A stretch of 64,000 nt of DNA from Bacteroidales bacterium. Its GTDB lineage: Bacteria > Bacteroidota > Bacteroidia > Bacteroidales > VadinHA17. Positions within the stretch are counted from its first letter, which is position 1; each line of letters opens with the position of its first letter. Where the stretch lies: positions 128,760-192,759 of the forward strand of contig JALHSP010000056.1 of the NCBI GenBank assembly GCA_022865305.1, read 5' to 3'. Position numbers and translations under genes: made by a program. Positions 1 through 9,901 of this stretch are shown one piece after another. The notes below the pieces were generated by a model. The model saw nothing but the letters and a program-made list of their open reading frames with translations. It did not search any database and had not been told where the DNA came from.

Positions 1-174
1 TGTTTTGTGGCTCCTTCTGAAGATCCATTGGTTTAAAAATTTCCATAATGAAGTCGTTATATTTCAATCCGTAAATATAAACATCTTTGATCTTCTGTAT
101 GTGAAAAAAGTCACAGACCAGATAAAAGCTGATAGATTAAGGAACTGTCTTTTGTGAAAAAGAATGCTTTAAGA

Positions 175-999
175 CTATCTGGCTGAAAGAATCTCAATAA
201 GAACATGATTGTCCTTTAACCTTTTTACCTGTTCACCACAAGGCATTTCTATTGGTGCGAAATTTATCCTGTCCATCTCCCAGTTATGTGATTCACCAAA
301 ATTCCTGTACGCTTCTTTGGTTTCAAATCTTGCTGAGATAAGCGTTTTTCCGGGAGTATTCACTATACAGGCTGTACAGGCGTTTAATTCCCTGAGATAT
401 TCTTCCATCTCCGGGGAACCATTAATAACTCCCAGCCTGCCTTTTATGAGGCACGATTCATTTCGGATAGTCTCAGCAGAAACTCCCGGGAAGAATTCAG
501 AAAGATCGATGGATGGTCCGCTTATTTTATCGACTATTTTTCTGCCAGCTATAATTGAGGCGGTACTATCCGCGCTTGTTCCTGATCCATTAATAATGCT
601 TATATAATACTGCCCTGAACAAATCTGAAGCTGATATTTATTCTGACAGGTTAATAAAGAAAAATCCGGTCTGTTTCTGCAACGGAATCTTGAGACAGAA
701 AATATCCCGTAAGCTGATTCAGGATTATTCATCTTATATATTTCGACCTTATATTTTCCTTTTAAGTATGTAAACTCTGTAACATTCACACCAGTAAATC
801 CATATTCCAGGTAAAGGTCAGCTCCTCCGTCGATATAACCGTAAAGGGATTCTCCGTTGAACCTTCTTACAGTTGAAAATTTTGCTTCCGGCAGGTCTTT
901 TTTGTCAATTGAAGGAAAGCCATCAGGATCCTGGCAAAGAGCTATTACAGGTAAAAAAGAAGTGATAATTATTAGTGTTTTGAGTTTAGTCATAATCAT
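175..999 (-). CDS. hypothetical exported protein, translationally coupled to the upstream DUF362 gene
   Basis: 274-aa ORF with an N-terminal hydrophobic signal (MTKLKTLIIITSFLPVIALCQ). Its start overlaps the stop of 996..2192 by 4 nt. No catalytic motif recognised. Confidence 0.6.
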   Translation of the reverse strand: MIMTKLKTLIIITSFLPVIALCQDPDGFPSIDKKDLPEAKFSTVRRFNGESLYGYIDGGADLYLEYGFTGVNVTEFTYLKGKYKVEIYKMNNPESAYGIFSVSRFRCRNRPDFSLLTCQNKYQLQICSGQYYISIINGSGTSADSTASIIAGRKIVDKISGPSIDLSEFFPGVSAETIRNESCLIKGRLGVINGSPEMEEYLRELNACTACIVNTPGKTLISARFETKEAYRNFGESHNWEMDRINFAPIEMPCGEQVKRLKDNHVLIEILSAR

Positions 1000-2192
1000 C
1001 CAAGGTCTATAACTGAAATATTAATTTTTTCTTTATCGGAAATGCCAAGTCTGAGAGCATCTGCCATTGAGAGAAATGTCAGTACCTGCGGGGTGGAGAC
1101 TTTCTGAAGTCCCTCGGCAATTCTCTTTTCCGCAACGATATCATAAGCTATTCTGTCAATAGACACGGGATCTGAAGCTACAAGTATTGAATTATAATTG
1201 CAGAAGAACTGTGGATTAGCACCCGGTCCTCCGTTAAAACAACCTTTAAGTGCATCGCAAATATTCAGTACAACCTTATCTCTCAAAGGGGCGAACGCAC
1301 ATACCTCAGCGCACGTATCATTCCATAATTTTGCATGCAGGCGGCCTGTGTTGGAGACCGATCCAAACGCAAGATTTTTCATTGCATTAGTTATTGAAGC
1401 CCCGGCATTTTTCAGGATCGGGATATTAATGATTTTGTCAAGATCCTGAGTTATAATTTTTGAGAAATATGAATACTTACCGGAATTAATCATGAACGGG
1501 ATCGTTTCGGCATCATATTCCTGTTCAACCTCAGCATAATAATACCAGTCTTTGTCTATGTTCTTTTCTCCATAAAGTTTTCCTTCTTTGTCATAGTAAG
1601 AGCCGGATTTATCCTGTTGCTCGGTGCCCAAAACTGTAATTCCCGGATAGTTATCTGGTGTAAAACCGCATTCCTGGAGCTGCATTTCCCTCCTGTCCCA
1701 GATAATAATGTTTTCCTTTTTTATTCCACTCTCTGTCAATTGTTTAATAACCGATTTTACTACCGCATGACTTGTTGCAAGGTCTTTTCCGGCAACCGGA
1801 TTAACCTTAAGCCCTATCTTTTCACCGGGCTTAACAAATATTCTCCAGGCTTTTCTGAGGTTTTTCTGACCGGTTATCTCCAGCATTGCTTTTTCAATCA
1901 TTGCATATGCTTCTGATTCGACCGGTTCATTATTAATTACAGCTTTAGTACTTTTTATATGTACTACTTTACCAGGATATTTACCCGGCATTGAGGATGA
2001 AGTTCTTGGCACTTTAGCGGCATCCTTGATATTTGTTGCAGGTTTTGACTGAGCCTGGATTAGTGGTTCGGATATAGACTGCTTGCCGGATTTACCTGTC
2101 AATAGTTTTGAGAAAGATTGTAAAGTAACTGCCAGGCTACCGGTACCAATAAGGTAAAAGAACTTTCTGCGGTTCAGGGAATTTTCTTTCAT
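996..2192 (-). CDS. DUF362-like protein with twin-arginine (TAT) signal
   Basis: 398-aa ORF. N-terminus NRRKFFYLIGTGSLAV is a TAT-type signal. The body resembles the DUF362 family and the second DUF362-like gene at 32552..33664. Confidence 0.6.
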   Translation of the reverse strand: MKENSLNRRKFFYLIGTGSLAVTLQSFSKLLTGKSGKQSISEPLIQAQSKPATNIKDAAKVPRTSSSMPGKYPGKVVHIKSTKAVINNEPVESEAYAMIEKAMLEITGQKNLRKAWRIFVKPGEKIGLKVNPVAGKDLATSHAVVKSVIKQLTESGIKKENIIIWDRREMQLQECGFTPDNYPGITVLGTEQQDKSGSYYDKEGKLYGEKNIDKDWYYYAEVEQEYDAETIPFMINSGKYSYFSKIITQDLDKIINIPILKNAGASITNAMKNLAFGSVSNTGRLHAKLWNDTCAEVCAFAPLRDKVVLNICDALKGCFNGGPGANPQFFCNYNSILVASDPVSIDRIAYDIVAEKRIAEGLQKVSTPQVLTFLSMADALRLGISDKEKINISVIDLG

Positions 2193-2317
2193 ATAATTAT
2201 CTTTTGCATGATAAAATATTATTCAAATATAATTAATTACCTGAAGTTGCCGGTTGCTGTGTGCTGGTTGCTTGTTTCTGGTTGCTAGTTACTGGTTTTA
2301 GTATAATGTCATGAATT

Positions 2318-2344
2318 CCCCTCCTGGGAGGGGCCAGGGGTGGG
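2318..2344. repeat. GC-rich C-run/G-run hairpin repeat, copy 1
   Basis: CCCCTCCTGGGAGGGGCCAGGGGTGGG resembles 60789-60813. Confidence 0.6.
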
Positions 2345-2501
2345 TTTTTGTAACTGTATTCGATGGTTCGGCGGTTCTATTTGAGGGTCGCCAACGGCAA
2401 AATGCCGGATTATGTCAGGCAACACGGGTTTTGGATAATCCGAATTGTTGACTAATTTTGCAGGGATTAGACCGCCTTCGCTAAAGCTTCGGCGGTCAAA
2501 G

Positions 2502-2575
2502 CGGGGTGTGGCGCAGTTGGCTAGCGCATTTGCATGGGGTGCAAAGGGTCGTCTGTTCGAGTCAGATCACCCCGA
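2502..2575 (+). tRNA. tRNA-Pro (anticodon GGG)
   Basis: The 74-nt sequence folds by hand into a cloverleaf. Acceptor CGGGGTG/CACCCCG, D-stem GCGC/GCGC, anticodon stem TTTGC/GCAAA with loop ATGGGGT (GGG at 34-36, G37), T-stem GTCTG/CAGAT with loop TTCGAGT, discriminator A. CCA is not encoded. Confidence 0.9.
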
Positions 2576-2578
2576 CAA
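2562..2578 (+). repeat. att-like direct repeat, proximal copy (3' end of tRNA-Pro)
   Basis: TCAGATCACCCCGACAA is identical to 11278-11294. Confidence 0.7.
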
Positions 2579-2616
2579 GGTTTGCGAAGATCAAAAAATG
2601 TCAGGTGTACAGTTTT

Positions 2617-2661
2617 GTGTACAGTCGAAAGACAAAAAAACATACTGTACACTTTTTTTTT
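2617..2661 (+). terminator. Rho-independent terminator downstream of tRNA-Pro
   Basis: GTGTACAGT (2617-2625) pairs with ACTGTACAC (2644-2652), followed by T9 (2653-2661). A second GTGTACAGT copy lies at 2605-2613. Confidence 0.6.
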
Positions 2662-3081
2662 GAACTTACTTCACAATAATGAAAAACTACCTAAAGGTTT
2701 CTATCTGGATTTTTGAATAATCATCAACATGATCTTCAAAATGATTTAAAACTTAAAGAATTAGGTAATATAATATTCAAAATTTATTGTTAAAAGTTCG
2801 CTTATTGCGGGAGAATGGCTTTGATGTGTAAAAAACCGGAGGATTATTTCATGATCCTTTTCAGGAGTGCTTAACAAAGAAAAACCCCTCTAAATTATCT
2901 AACTTTGAGTTGGTAAGAGACATCTTTAAAATTATTGATTCCCATGAAGTCGACTAAAGTAGATTTCTGGGCATATTAACTTTAAGCTAAGTATTTATAA
3001 CACATTGTAAATTAGAAATAAAGTTCCTGAAAATAATTATATCCCAAAAAAGAATTAAATTTGATAGTCTAATCTAAACAT

Positions 3082-3873
3082 ATGAAAAATTATACTCTTT
3101 TAATTATCATAGTTTTCTTGTGTTTTAACACGTGCAAAAAGGAAGACAAAAATGAGAATCTTTGTTACAGCAGTACATTGATAAGCCAGGTCAATTCAGG
3201 TGATTTGGCTGTTCATGGATTGACTTATAACAGTAACTGTCTTATTTATGAGTCAACTGAACCGTACAAGTACAAAAGATTTTCATATGATGCCCGGAAT
3301 ATTTTAAATAAAGTGGAAGTGGCTTATTCTTTCAGTTCATTTAGCTGCGTAATGATTCCGGGACAGTCCCAGGAATCAGATCCAAGAAAGGCCACGATAT
3401 CTGAATTTTCAGAATTTGAATATGATGATGCTTTAAGGTTAACAAAGAAATCGATTTACTTTATCAACAGTGGGAATTCACAGCTTACCTATTACCAGAC
3501 CTATGATTATGAGAATGATACAATTGTAAAGTCAAGTACCTTCAATCCACAGGGACTGTTAACCCAATATCATGATTACACTTACGATGATAGCGGCAAT
3601 ATAAAAAGGGATGATCAATACTCGAATAATTCAGGTATAAAATTAGTAAACACGGTGATCTGTGAGTTTGATAACAAAAATAATCCATACCAGGTTTTTG
3701 CATGTGAAGGCATTCCTGGGATATATACCAACAAGAATAACATAATAAAAGAAACTTCTGTTTCCTATAATGGTGCCGCCGAATTCCGTACTACGAGACA
3801 GTACGTATACGAATACAACACTTTGGATTATCCGGTCAAGATAAATGAACTTGATTGCTTTTATGGAAAATAA
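3082..3873 (+). CDS. lipoprotein with YD-repeat-like motifs
   Basis: 263-aa ORF with signal plus lipobox (LIIIVFLCFNTC). Recurrent YxYD..GN-type motifs (FSYDARN, FEYDDAL, TYDYEND, YTYDDSGN). Confidence 0.6.
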   Translation: MKNYTLLIIIVFLCFNTCKKEDKNENLCYSSTLISQVNSGDLAVHGLTYNSNCLIYESTEPYKYKRFSYDARNILNKVEVAYSFSSFSCVMIPGQSQESDPRKATISEFSEFEYDDALRLTKKSIYFINSGNSQLTYYQTYDYENDTIVKSSTFNPQGLLTQYHDYTYDDSGNIKRDDQYSNNSGIKLVNTVICEFDNKNNPYQVFACEGIPGIYTNKNNIIKETSVSYNGAAEFRTTRQYVYEYNTLDYPVKINELDCFYGK

Positions 3874-3888
3874 CCGTAGAATTGAAAA

Positions 3889-4977
3889 TTGGGGAAGCGA
3901 TTTACATATCTTTTACTCCTGGTAACCGGATTAGTTTGCAGCTGTGAAAAAGATGCAAACACCGATAACTGGATAATCAGCAATTATTCAGGGATATATA
4001 AAAATGTTGAATATAGTGAGAGTTTAATCAGGGAATTTACCTCCGGGATTTATGAAGATAATGCTATTCCTGAAGATGTTAAACAACTCCAATATGGTAG
4101 AATAGAGATTGATTTTCAGTACAATGGAGGAGGGCTGACTTATTTCATGCCACTATTGTACTATGGTTCTATGAATAAAAACAACTACGATGATGATGTA
4201 GAGGAACCAAAATTTCACATGGCTGTTGAAATCGGACATTACAATGTCATCCCTTTCCCGGTAGAATATTTATTTTATACCATATGTACTTATCGTCAAC
4301 CTCAATATTGCAGGGATACCTTTAGTCCGGTAATTTCAGGTGGAAATTATACGTTCATTATTGATAAAAAACCTGAAGGAATGATCCTTCAGTTAAAAAG
4401 AGGAGCAAATATCCTGAACATTTTCCCTCACGCTTTTTTCCCTGATTCTTCTCAATTATTTTTTAAAGATGTAACATCTTATATTAACCGGAACCAGGGT
4501 GATTCTCTGAAAAAAGTTTTGATGGTGGGAAAGGGGTTTGCAGGAATCGAAAAAGGGATACATGAACTTAATGGCCAGGTCACAAGTCTGCGGATCATTA
4601 AATATACAATTTCTAATCCGGATTCAGGATATGAATTAAAGCAAGTAAGAAATCAACATTCGGAAAACCAGCAGGTAATTTACACTGCCCATGACAATTT
4701 ATTTGGGAATGACAAATTCATTATATTAAAATACCAGTTTTATCCTTATAAATTCGTAGCCGGTGAATTAATTCCTGGTGGAGAAATTCAAACCGGTGAA
4801 TCAGCTAAAATGCAGAATGACCAATCTTCCAGCTGTTATTTAAAATCGTCTGATATAGGTTTTTATAAAGTAAATATTTGCACGATTGATAAAGACAGTT
4901 ATATTCTCAGATCCTCAGCGAAACCATTTGAGATCTGGGTATACCCAAAAGAATGGGATTTTGCATTTTATAAATAG
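3889..4977 (+). CDS. hypothetical lipoprotein
   Basis: 362-aa ORF with a TTG start. Signal plus lipobox LLLLVTGLVCSC. It starts 16 nt after the previous gene. Confidence 0.55.
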   Translation: MGKRFTYLLLLVTGLVCSCEKDANTDNWIISNYSGIYKNVEYSESLIREFTSGIYEDNAIPEDVKQLQYGRIEIDFQYNGGGLTYFMPLLYYGSMNKNNYDDDVEEPKFHMAVEIGHYNVIPFPVEYLFYTICTYRQPQYCRDTFSPVISGGNYTFIIDKKPEGMILQLKRGANILNIFPHAFFPDSSQLFFKDVTSYINRNQGDSLKKVLMVGKGFAGIEKGIHELNGQVTSLRIIKYTISNPDSGYELKQVRNQHSENQQVIYTAHDNLFGNDKFIILKYQFYPYKFVAGELIPGGEIQTGESAKMQNDQSSSCYLKSSDIGFYKVNICTIDKDSYILRSSAKPFEIWVYPKEWDFAFYK

Positions 4978-5251
4978 CACATTTGCTTATGAGGTGCGCA
5001 TAACAAAAAAAACAATACGGTGTTCAATCTGTTAAGAATCAGGCTTTAAACTTCGCTCTTTGCGACAGCAGAGAGGGAGGGACTTTGCAAACCGAAGCTT
5101 TAGCGAAGGTCTGGGGGGTGAGTACATGTGAATTAAGGGACATTTTTAGTGTTTAGGAATGTATATGAACCATCTATCAGATATTTAGGTGGCAAATTCA
5201 ATGAAAAAGATCCTAAAAATGATTTCAGCCGGAGAGGACTGATTATGAATA

Positions 5252-5635
5252 TTGGGATGGTTTGCTTTATTAAATAGTTCTACCCTTAAGAAAATTATCA
5301 GATTATTGATAATCATTTTGCAAATTTTCTTTACATCATGTGAAAAGGATCAAAAAGAAACACCTGATTGTATTTTTGATTTAATTGAAACTCATTCATA
5401 CTGCACTAAAGGATGGAGTGTTGATCAATATTCATTTCAGAATCAGAATGTTTATGTAATTACTCCTCCTTTACTTGGCAATGATATAGCATCGAGTGTA
5501 TATAGTGTATATAATGAGAACTGTGAAATGATTGGAACTCTCGGCGGTATAGCTGGAATTAATATCATCAACAATGAGCTATTCTATGGCCATGCAATCT
5601 TCCAAAAAGCTATTTGCCCAACTGACAGTATCTAA
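5252..5635 (+). CDS. small hypothetical lipoprotein (start uncertain)
   Basis: 127-aa ORF with lipobox-like IFFTSC after a hydrophobic stretch. No in-frame ATG lies near the signal peptide, so only a TTG start is available. Confidence 0.4.
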   Translation: MGWFALLNSSTLKKIIRLLIIILQIFFTSCEKDQKETPDCIFDLIETHSYCTKGWSVDQYSFQNQNVYVITPPLLGNDIASSVYSVYNENCEMIGTLGGIAGINIINNELFYGHAIFQKAICPTDSI

Positions 5636-5884
5636 ATTAATACTAATAAAAGAAGCCTAACTGCTAACAGCGTCAATAAAATTAATAGGTTTGTCACGGT
5701 ATTTGCAATTTGCTCCTGCTCTCAAGACAAATAAGTTATCACGTCAAATCCGGACCGCGCCATACCGGCTGACGCCGGTAACGCTAACTTACTTTATTGC
5801 CCGGCCGTTAGCACTCATTCAACACTGATTCCTATCTATTCCGGTATGATTTTTGAACAATTTCGAACGATTAACTGCCCTCTA

Positions 5885-7261
5885 ATGAAAACTTCTTATT
5901 CAAGAATCAGATTAATTGCAATTTTAATTATTGTGACAGGCTTTTTTAGCAAATGTGAGATAGATAATTTCCCCCTCGAATACCACGATATGTGCGGGAC
6001 ATGGATTATCAGAAATATTTCTGGCGGGTATACAGGTGGATGAATCAAACCAAATTTTGATATTCTGGAAATAAATCAAAGAATGCTATTTGCTTTGTAT
6101 CGAAATGACACCCTAGTTTCAAATGGTAAAATTGTAATTCTTGATCAGACAAATGATGATCTAAAAATTGACCTCAAATCAAATAATGAAAGATGGGATT
6201 ATCTTTCCGGAACTAAGATCGTCAAATTAAGACAAGATACATTAATCTTATATGACAATTGTAGTGATTGTTATTCATATTTTTTCGTTAGGAGTGAAAT
6301 ATATTCTAATAAAAACTATATTCAGAAAAATAAAAGGCTTGATTTTCTAGAAGTTATTAATTATCCGATTGGTTTTAATAAATATTTTACTTCAGTATTC
6401 TTTCAAAACGAATACTTAGGATTCATTCCCTGCTCTGACGGTTCAATTTTAAAAACAAGTAATGGTGGTAAAAATTGGAAAATGGTTGAAACCAATAATA
6501 CTCTTCCTCTTTCTGGGATTTCCTTTATTAACGAAAATATAGGCTTTGCTGTTGGAGGTCAAAGCAGTTGTGGAGGGACAGGTTGTATAGTTCCTGGATA
6601 TGTAATGCTTAAAACTATTGATAGTGGGGAAACTTGGGAGAAGGTGAACTTACCCTATAAACAAGCTGAATTTAAGACCATAAAATTTATTAACTCAAAT
6701 TTCGGTATTGCTATTGGTACAGGGGTAAGGCTTAAAACTTATGATGGCGGACTCACTTGGGCTAGTTTTACTAGCGAAAATATGACCGCAGTATACAATA
6801 TATACCTTCTAAATGATAATATAGCTTTTTTATCTGGACTTAAAGGTCAATTGTTTAAGACAAACGACAGCGGAGAAACCTGGAAGGAAATTGGATTAAA
6901 GACTAATTATTATATTAATGCAGTTATGTTTATTAATGAACAAATTGGATACATTAGCTTATGGAATAGTCTCATGAAGACCACTAACGGAGGATTAACA
7001 TGGAATAAAATGGAATATGCGCCGTTGGGAGTATGCACAATGTATTTTAGTTCTGAGACAAGCGCAGTGGTCTTTGGTGCAAGAAGTTATGCAAGCAGTA
7101 AATGGGATGTCTGGGATTCACAAATTAATATTCTTGTTGATGGGAAATGGTATGGTGATGAGAGAGTGAGTTATCATACGGATCCATTTTATTTAAATTC
7201 AAAGCATTTCTATGCTATAACCTATGATAATAAAATCTCTATAATTAAAATAACAAATTGA
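5885..7261 (+). pseudogene. BNR/Asp-box beta-propeller lipoprotein (Ycf48-like) interrupted by an in-frame TGA
   Basis: A signal/lipobox segment (MKTSYSRIRLIAILIIVTGFFSKC, ending at the TGA 6041-6043) and the 392-aa ORF 6083..7261 are in the same frame. Only that one stop lies between them. The downstream part has at least 5 Asp-box-like motifs (SNGGKNW, DSGETW, DGGLTW, DSGETW, NGGLTW). Confidence 0.6.
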
Positions 7262-7413
7262 GTCTAACTAGACCATGAAAATAAAGAACAAGTGCTGACA
7301 CGGACAATAAAGTTAATAAACTCGTCATGGTTTTTGTTTTGAAAGAGATACTTTAATAATTCCGATTATAATATTCAGCACGCCGGATGTATTTCCAACA
7401 GATGCAGCGAGAG

Positions 7414-7449
7414 GTAAGTCCCGGATAGCACTCTGGGGCTTACTGTTTT
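7414..7449 (+). terminator. candidate terminator downstream of the propeller gene
   Basis: GTAAGTCCC (7414-7422) pairs with GGGGCTTAC (7435-7443, one G-U pair), followed by TGTTTT. Confidence 0.35.
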
Positions 7450-7632
7450 AAAAATCCTATTCTCAGGAATTTCGTAACTTTGATTAGAAGAGATGAAAAG
7501 TCAAAAAGTGGTTTTATCCACCGGATTTGGTATGTATATGAGTACTTTTGTTGCACATATAAACAAATTAGCAATAAATGTATTTGACAGAAAGATAGTT
7601 CATCTATTATGTATTATGACAGAATAAAAATT

Positions 7633-8145
7633 ATGAAAATGAAAACAAGAATTTTAATCTTCTTATTAATTCTATCCTTTTTAAATATAACAATTTCAGG
7701 ACAAGAAAAAGTTGATACAATAAATATAACTAAGTTTAAACATGCTTTAGGTTTTGGAGCGGGATTTACAACAGGTTATGGATTGTCATATCGATTCATG
7801 CCAAATAAGTTTGGAGTGCAAACTAATTTTGCGCCATATAAAGATAAATATCGAGCTTTGTTTAGTTTTGGAATAACTTTTCTTTACAAATTAATTGAAA
7901 CAAATAATATAAACTTGTTCTTATACCAGGGCAATCACTACTTTTACCGTAAAGAAAAATATATTTACTATAATCAAAATGACTCTTATCAAGTTGATAA
8001 ATACTTCAACAATGGTCTTGGTATTGGAATAGAGTTTATCATTCTAAAACGTCTTAGCTTTAATTTAATGGGAGGATACGCTGGCTTACAAAATTTCAAC
8101 AAAATTAGTTTTACAGGAGAAACAGGATTGTATTTTAGGTTTTAA
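7633..8145 (+). CDS. small outer-membrane beta-barrel protein
   Basis: Signal peptide MKMKTRILIFLLILSFLNITISGQ, alternating aromatic/Gly pattern, and a C-terminal ...GLYFRF ending in Phe as in OM barrels. The ORF extends upstream to 7609. Confidence 0.55.
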   Translation: MKMKTRILIFLLILSFLNITISGQEKVDTINITKFKHALGFGAGFTTGYGLSYRFMPNKFGVQTNFAPYKDKYRALFSFGITFLYKLIETNNINLFLYQGNHYFYRKEKYIYYNQNDSYQVDKYFNNGLGIGIEFIILKRLSFNLMGGYAGLQNFNKISFTGETGLYFRF

Positions 8146-8314
8146 TAAGTTGAGAATACCTCCACAATGAAGCGAGGCCCTCGGTAGAAATATCGGGGGG
8201 TTTGCTATTTAAATAAATTTGACTTCGGCTTAATTAAGGTGTAATTTTGGTGGAACAGAAGGAGTACCAAAAGTGCACCTATCTGTGTTTTGCCAAGGTA
8301 TGTTTAGTTTTATT

Positions 8315-9808
8315 ATGATGAAAATATTATTAATTTATCCGCAGTGCCCGGATTCTTTCTGGAGTTTCAAACATGCTTTAAAGTTTATATCTAAAAAGGC
8401 AGCGGTGCCACCACTTGGATTAATAACCGTATCGGCAATGTTACCTTCGACATGGCAGAAAAGACTGGTGGATATGAATATTACAACACTTCGGACAAAT
8501 GACATCCAATGGGCCGATTATGTTTTTATAAGCGCCATGTATATCCAGAAAGAATCAGTGAACAAAATAATTGTTGAATGTAAAAAATTTAATAAAAAGA
8601 TTGTCGTCGGAGGTCCCCTGTTTACACAGGAATACAGCAACTATCCCCAAATTGATCATTTTGTCCTGAACGAAGCGGAGATAACCTTACCGCTTTTCTT
8701 AAATGATTTAAATGCCGGGCAGCCCCAAAGACTTTACAAGACCAGTGAATATGCCGATCTTTCACTGACCCCTGTACCCGATTACCATTTGCTATCAAGA
8801 GGGAAGTACGCTTATATGAATATACAGGTCTCTCGCGGATGCCCCTTTTCATGCGATTTTTGTGAAATTACATCACTTTTGGGTCACAAGGTCAGGATGA
8901 AAGATACCCACCAAGTTATTGAAGAGCTTGAGGTGCTTTATAATCTTAACTGGCGTGGTCCGGTATCTATAGTTGATGATAATTTTATCGGAAACAAAAA
9001 AGAGATTAAAAATAACTTGCTTCCTGCCATGAGAAAATGGATGCAAATACATAAATATCCATTTGAATTTAGTACTCAGGCTACAATTAATCTTGCTGAC
9101 GACGAGGAACTAATGTCATTGATGATTGAAACAGGGATTAACGCCACATTTATCGGAATCGAAACGCCCGACGAAGTATCTCTCCAGGACTGCAATAAGA
9201 CTCAGAATAAAAACAGAGATATGCTTCAAGACGTAAAGAAAATGCAAAAAGCCGGATTCAAGGTTTCAGCCGGATTTATTGTAGGTTTCGACAGCGATTC
9301 TCCAACCGTTTTTCAAAGGCAAATTGATTTTATCCAGCAAAGCGGAATTGTAACTGCAATGGTAGGGCTATTAAATGCACCAAAAAACACCAGGTTATAC
9401 CAGCGACTTAAAGCGGAAAACAGGTTAACAACCGAAGCAACCGGGAACAACACTGACTCTACTATGAATTTTATCCCAAAAATGAACTACAAAGAACTAA
9501 TAGAAGGGTATAAAAAAATAATTCAGAATATCTATACAACCAGGCCTTATTATAAAAGGTTACGACAGGCGTTATTAGATTATAATTGTCTTTATAGAAG
9601 AAAGATAAAAATTAATCTTTCGCTTCTCAGGGCTTTCTTTAAATCAGTTTTTATTATCGGCATTCTGGATAAAGGCAGATGCGAATACTGGAAATTAGTC
9701 ATATGGACACTTTCCAATCGCCCTGGATCAATAATTGACGCAATTACCTATGCCGTTTACGGCTATCATTTTAGAACGGTTTACGGACTAAGAAACTTAA
9801 AGAGATGA
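8315..9808 (+). CDS. B12-binding-domain radical SAM protein (DUF4070-type C-terminus)
   Basis: The N-terminal MMKILLIYP... region resembles a cobalamin-binding domain. Radical SAM cluster motif VSRGCPFSCDFC (CxxxCxxC). The ORF extends to a GTG at 8273, but the ATG at 8315 fits the family N-terminus. Confidence 0.75.
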   Translation: MMKILLIYPQCPDSFWSFKHALKFISKKAAVPPLGLITVSAMLPSTWQKRLVDMNITTLRTNDIQWADYVFISAMYIQKESVNKIIVECKKFNKKIVVGGPLFTQEYSNYPQIDHFVLNEAEITLPLFLNDLNAGQPQRLYKTSEYADLSLTPVPDYHLLSRGKYAYMNIQVSRGCPFSCDFCEITSLLGHKVRMKDTHQVIEELEVLYNLNWRGPVSIVDDNFIGNKKEIKNNLLPAMRKWMQIHKYPFEFSTQATINLADDEELMSLMIETGINATFIGIETPDEVSLQDCNKTQNKNRDMLQDVKKMQKAGFKVSAGFIVGFDSDSPTVFQRQIDFIQQSGIVTAMVGLLNAPKNTRLYQRLKAENRLTTEATGNNTDSTMNFIPKMNYKELIEGYKKIIQNIYTTRPYYKRLRQALLDYNCLYRRKIKINLSLLRAFFKSVFIIGILDKGRCEYWKLVIWTLSNRPGSIIDAITYAVYGYHFRTVYGLRNLKR

Positions 9809-9901
9809 AAGAGATTGATAAGTTGGTGAAACAAATAATTGAACAGGTTTATGAGTCAATAAAAGAATAAAGGCGGTACATATTGTCTCGCTGCATTAGA
9901 C

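Noticed and set aside
1-47. Possible start of a minus-strand gene (MEIFKPMDLQKEPQN...) running off the left edge
   Set aside because: Only 15 codons are visible, which is too little sequence to support a call.
2445-2716. ORFs 2445..2663 and 2534..2716 in the track
   Set aside because: They run through the tRNA-Pro gene and its terminator. They have no coding features.
2579-3081. Looked for an integrase or excisionase remnant in the 500-bp gap next to the tRNA
   Set aside because: Hand translation gave only short ORFs (for example ...FHDPFQECLTKKNPSKLSNFELVRDIFKIIDSHEVD) without recombinase R..HxxR..Y signatures. Nothing can be supported without a database search.
6041-6061. Possible selenocysteine or other recoding at the in-frame TGA, since a small hairpin ATCAAA-CCAAAT-TTTGAT follows immediately
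   Set aside because: The 6-bp A/U stem is weak and lacks a bacterial SECIS-like apical loop. The local peptide context (GGYTGG-x-IKP) has no redox motif. TGA clearly functions as a stop in other genes here (for example 9806-9808). A nonsense mutation or sequencing error is more parsimonious.
8146-8314. Checked the leader of the B12-radical SAM gene for a cobalamin riboswitch
   Set aside because: Only a short GC-rich hairpin-like stretch (GAGGCCCTCGG...CGGGGGG) is present. I could not recognise a B12-box or the multi-stem architecture.
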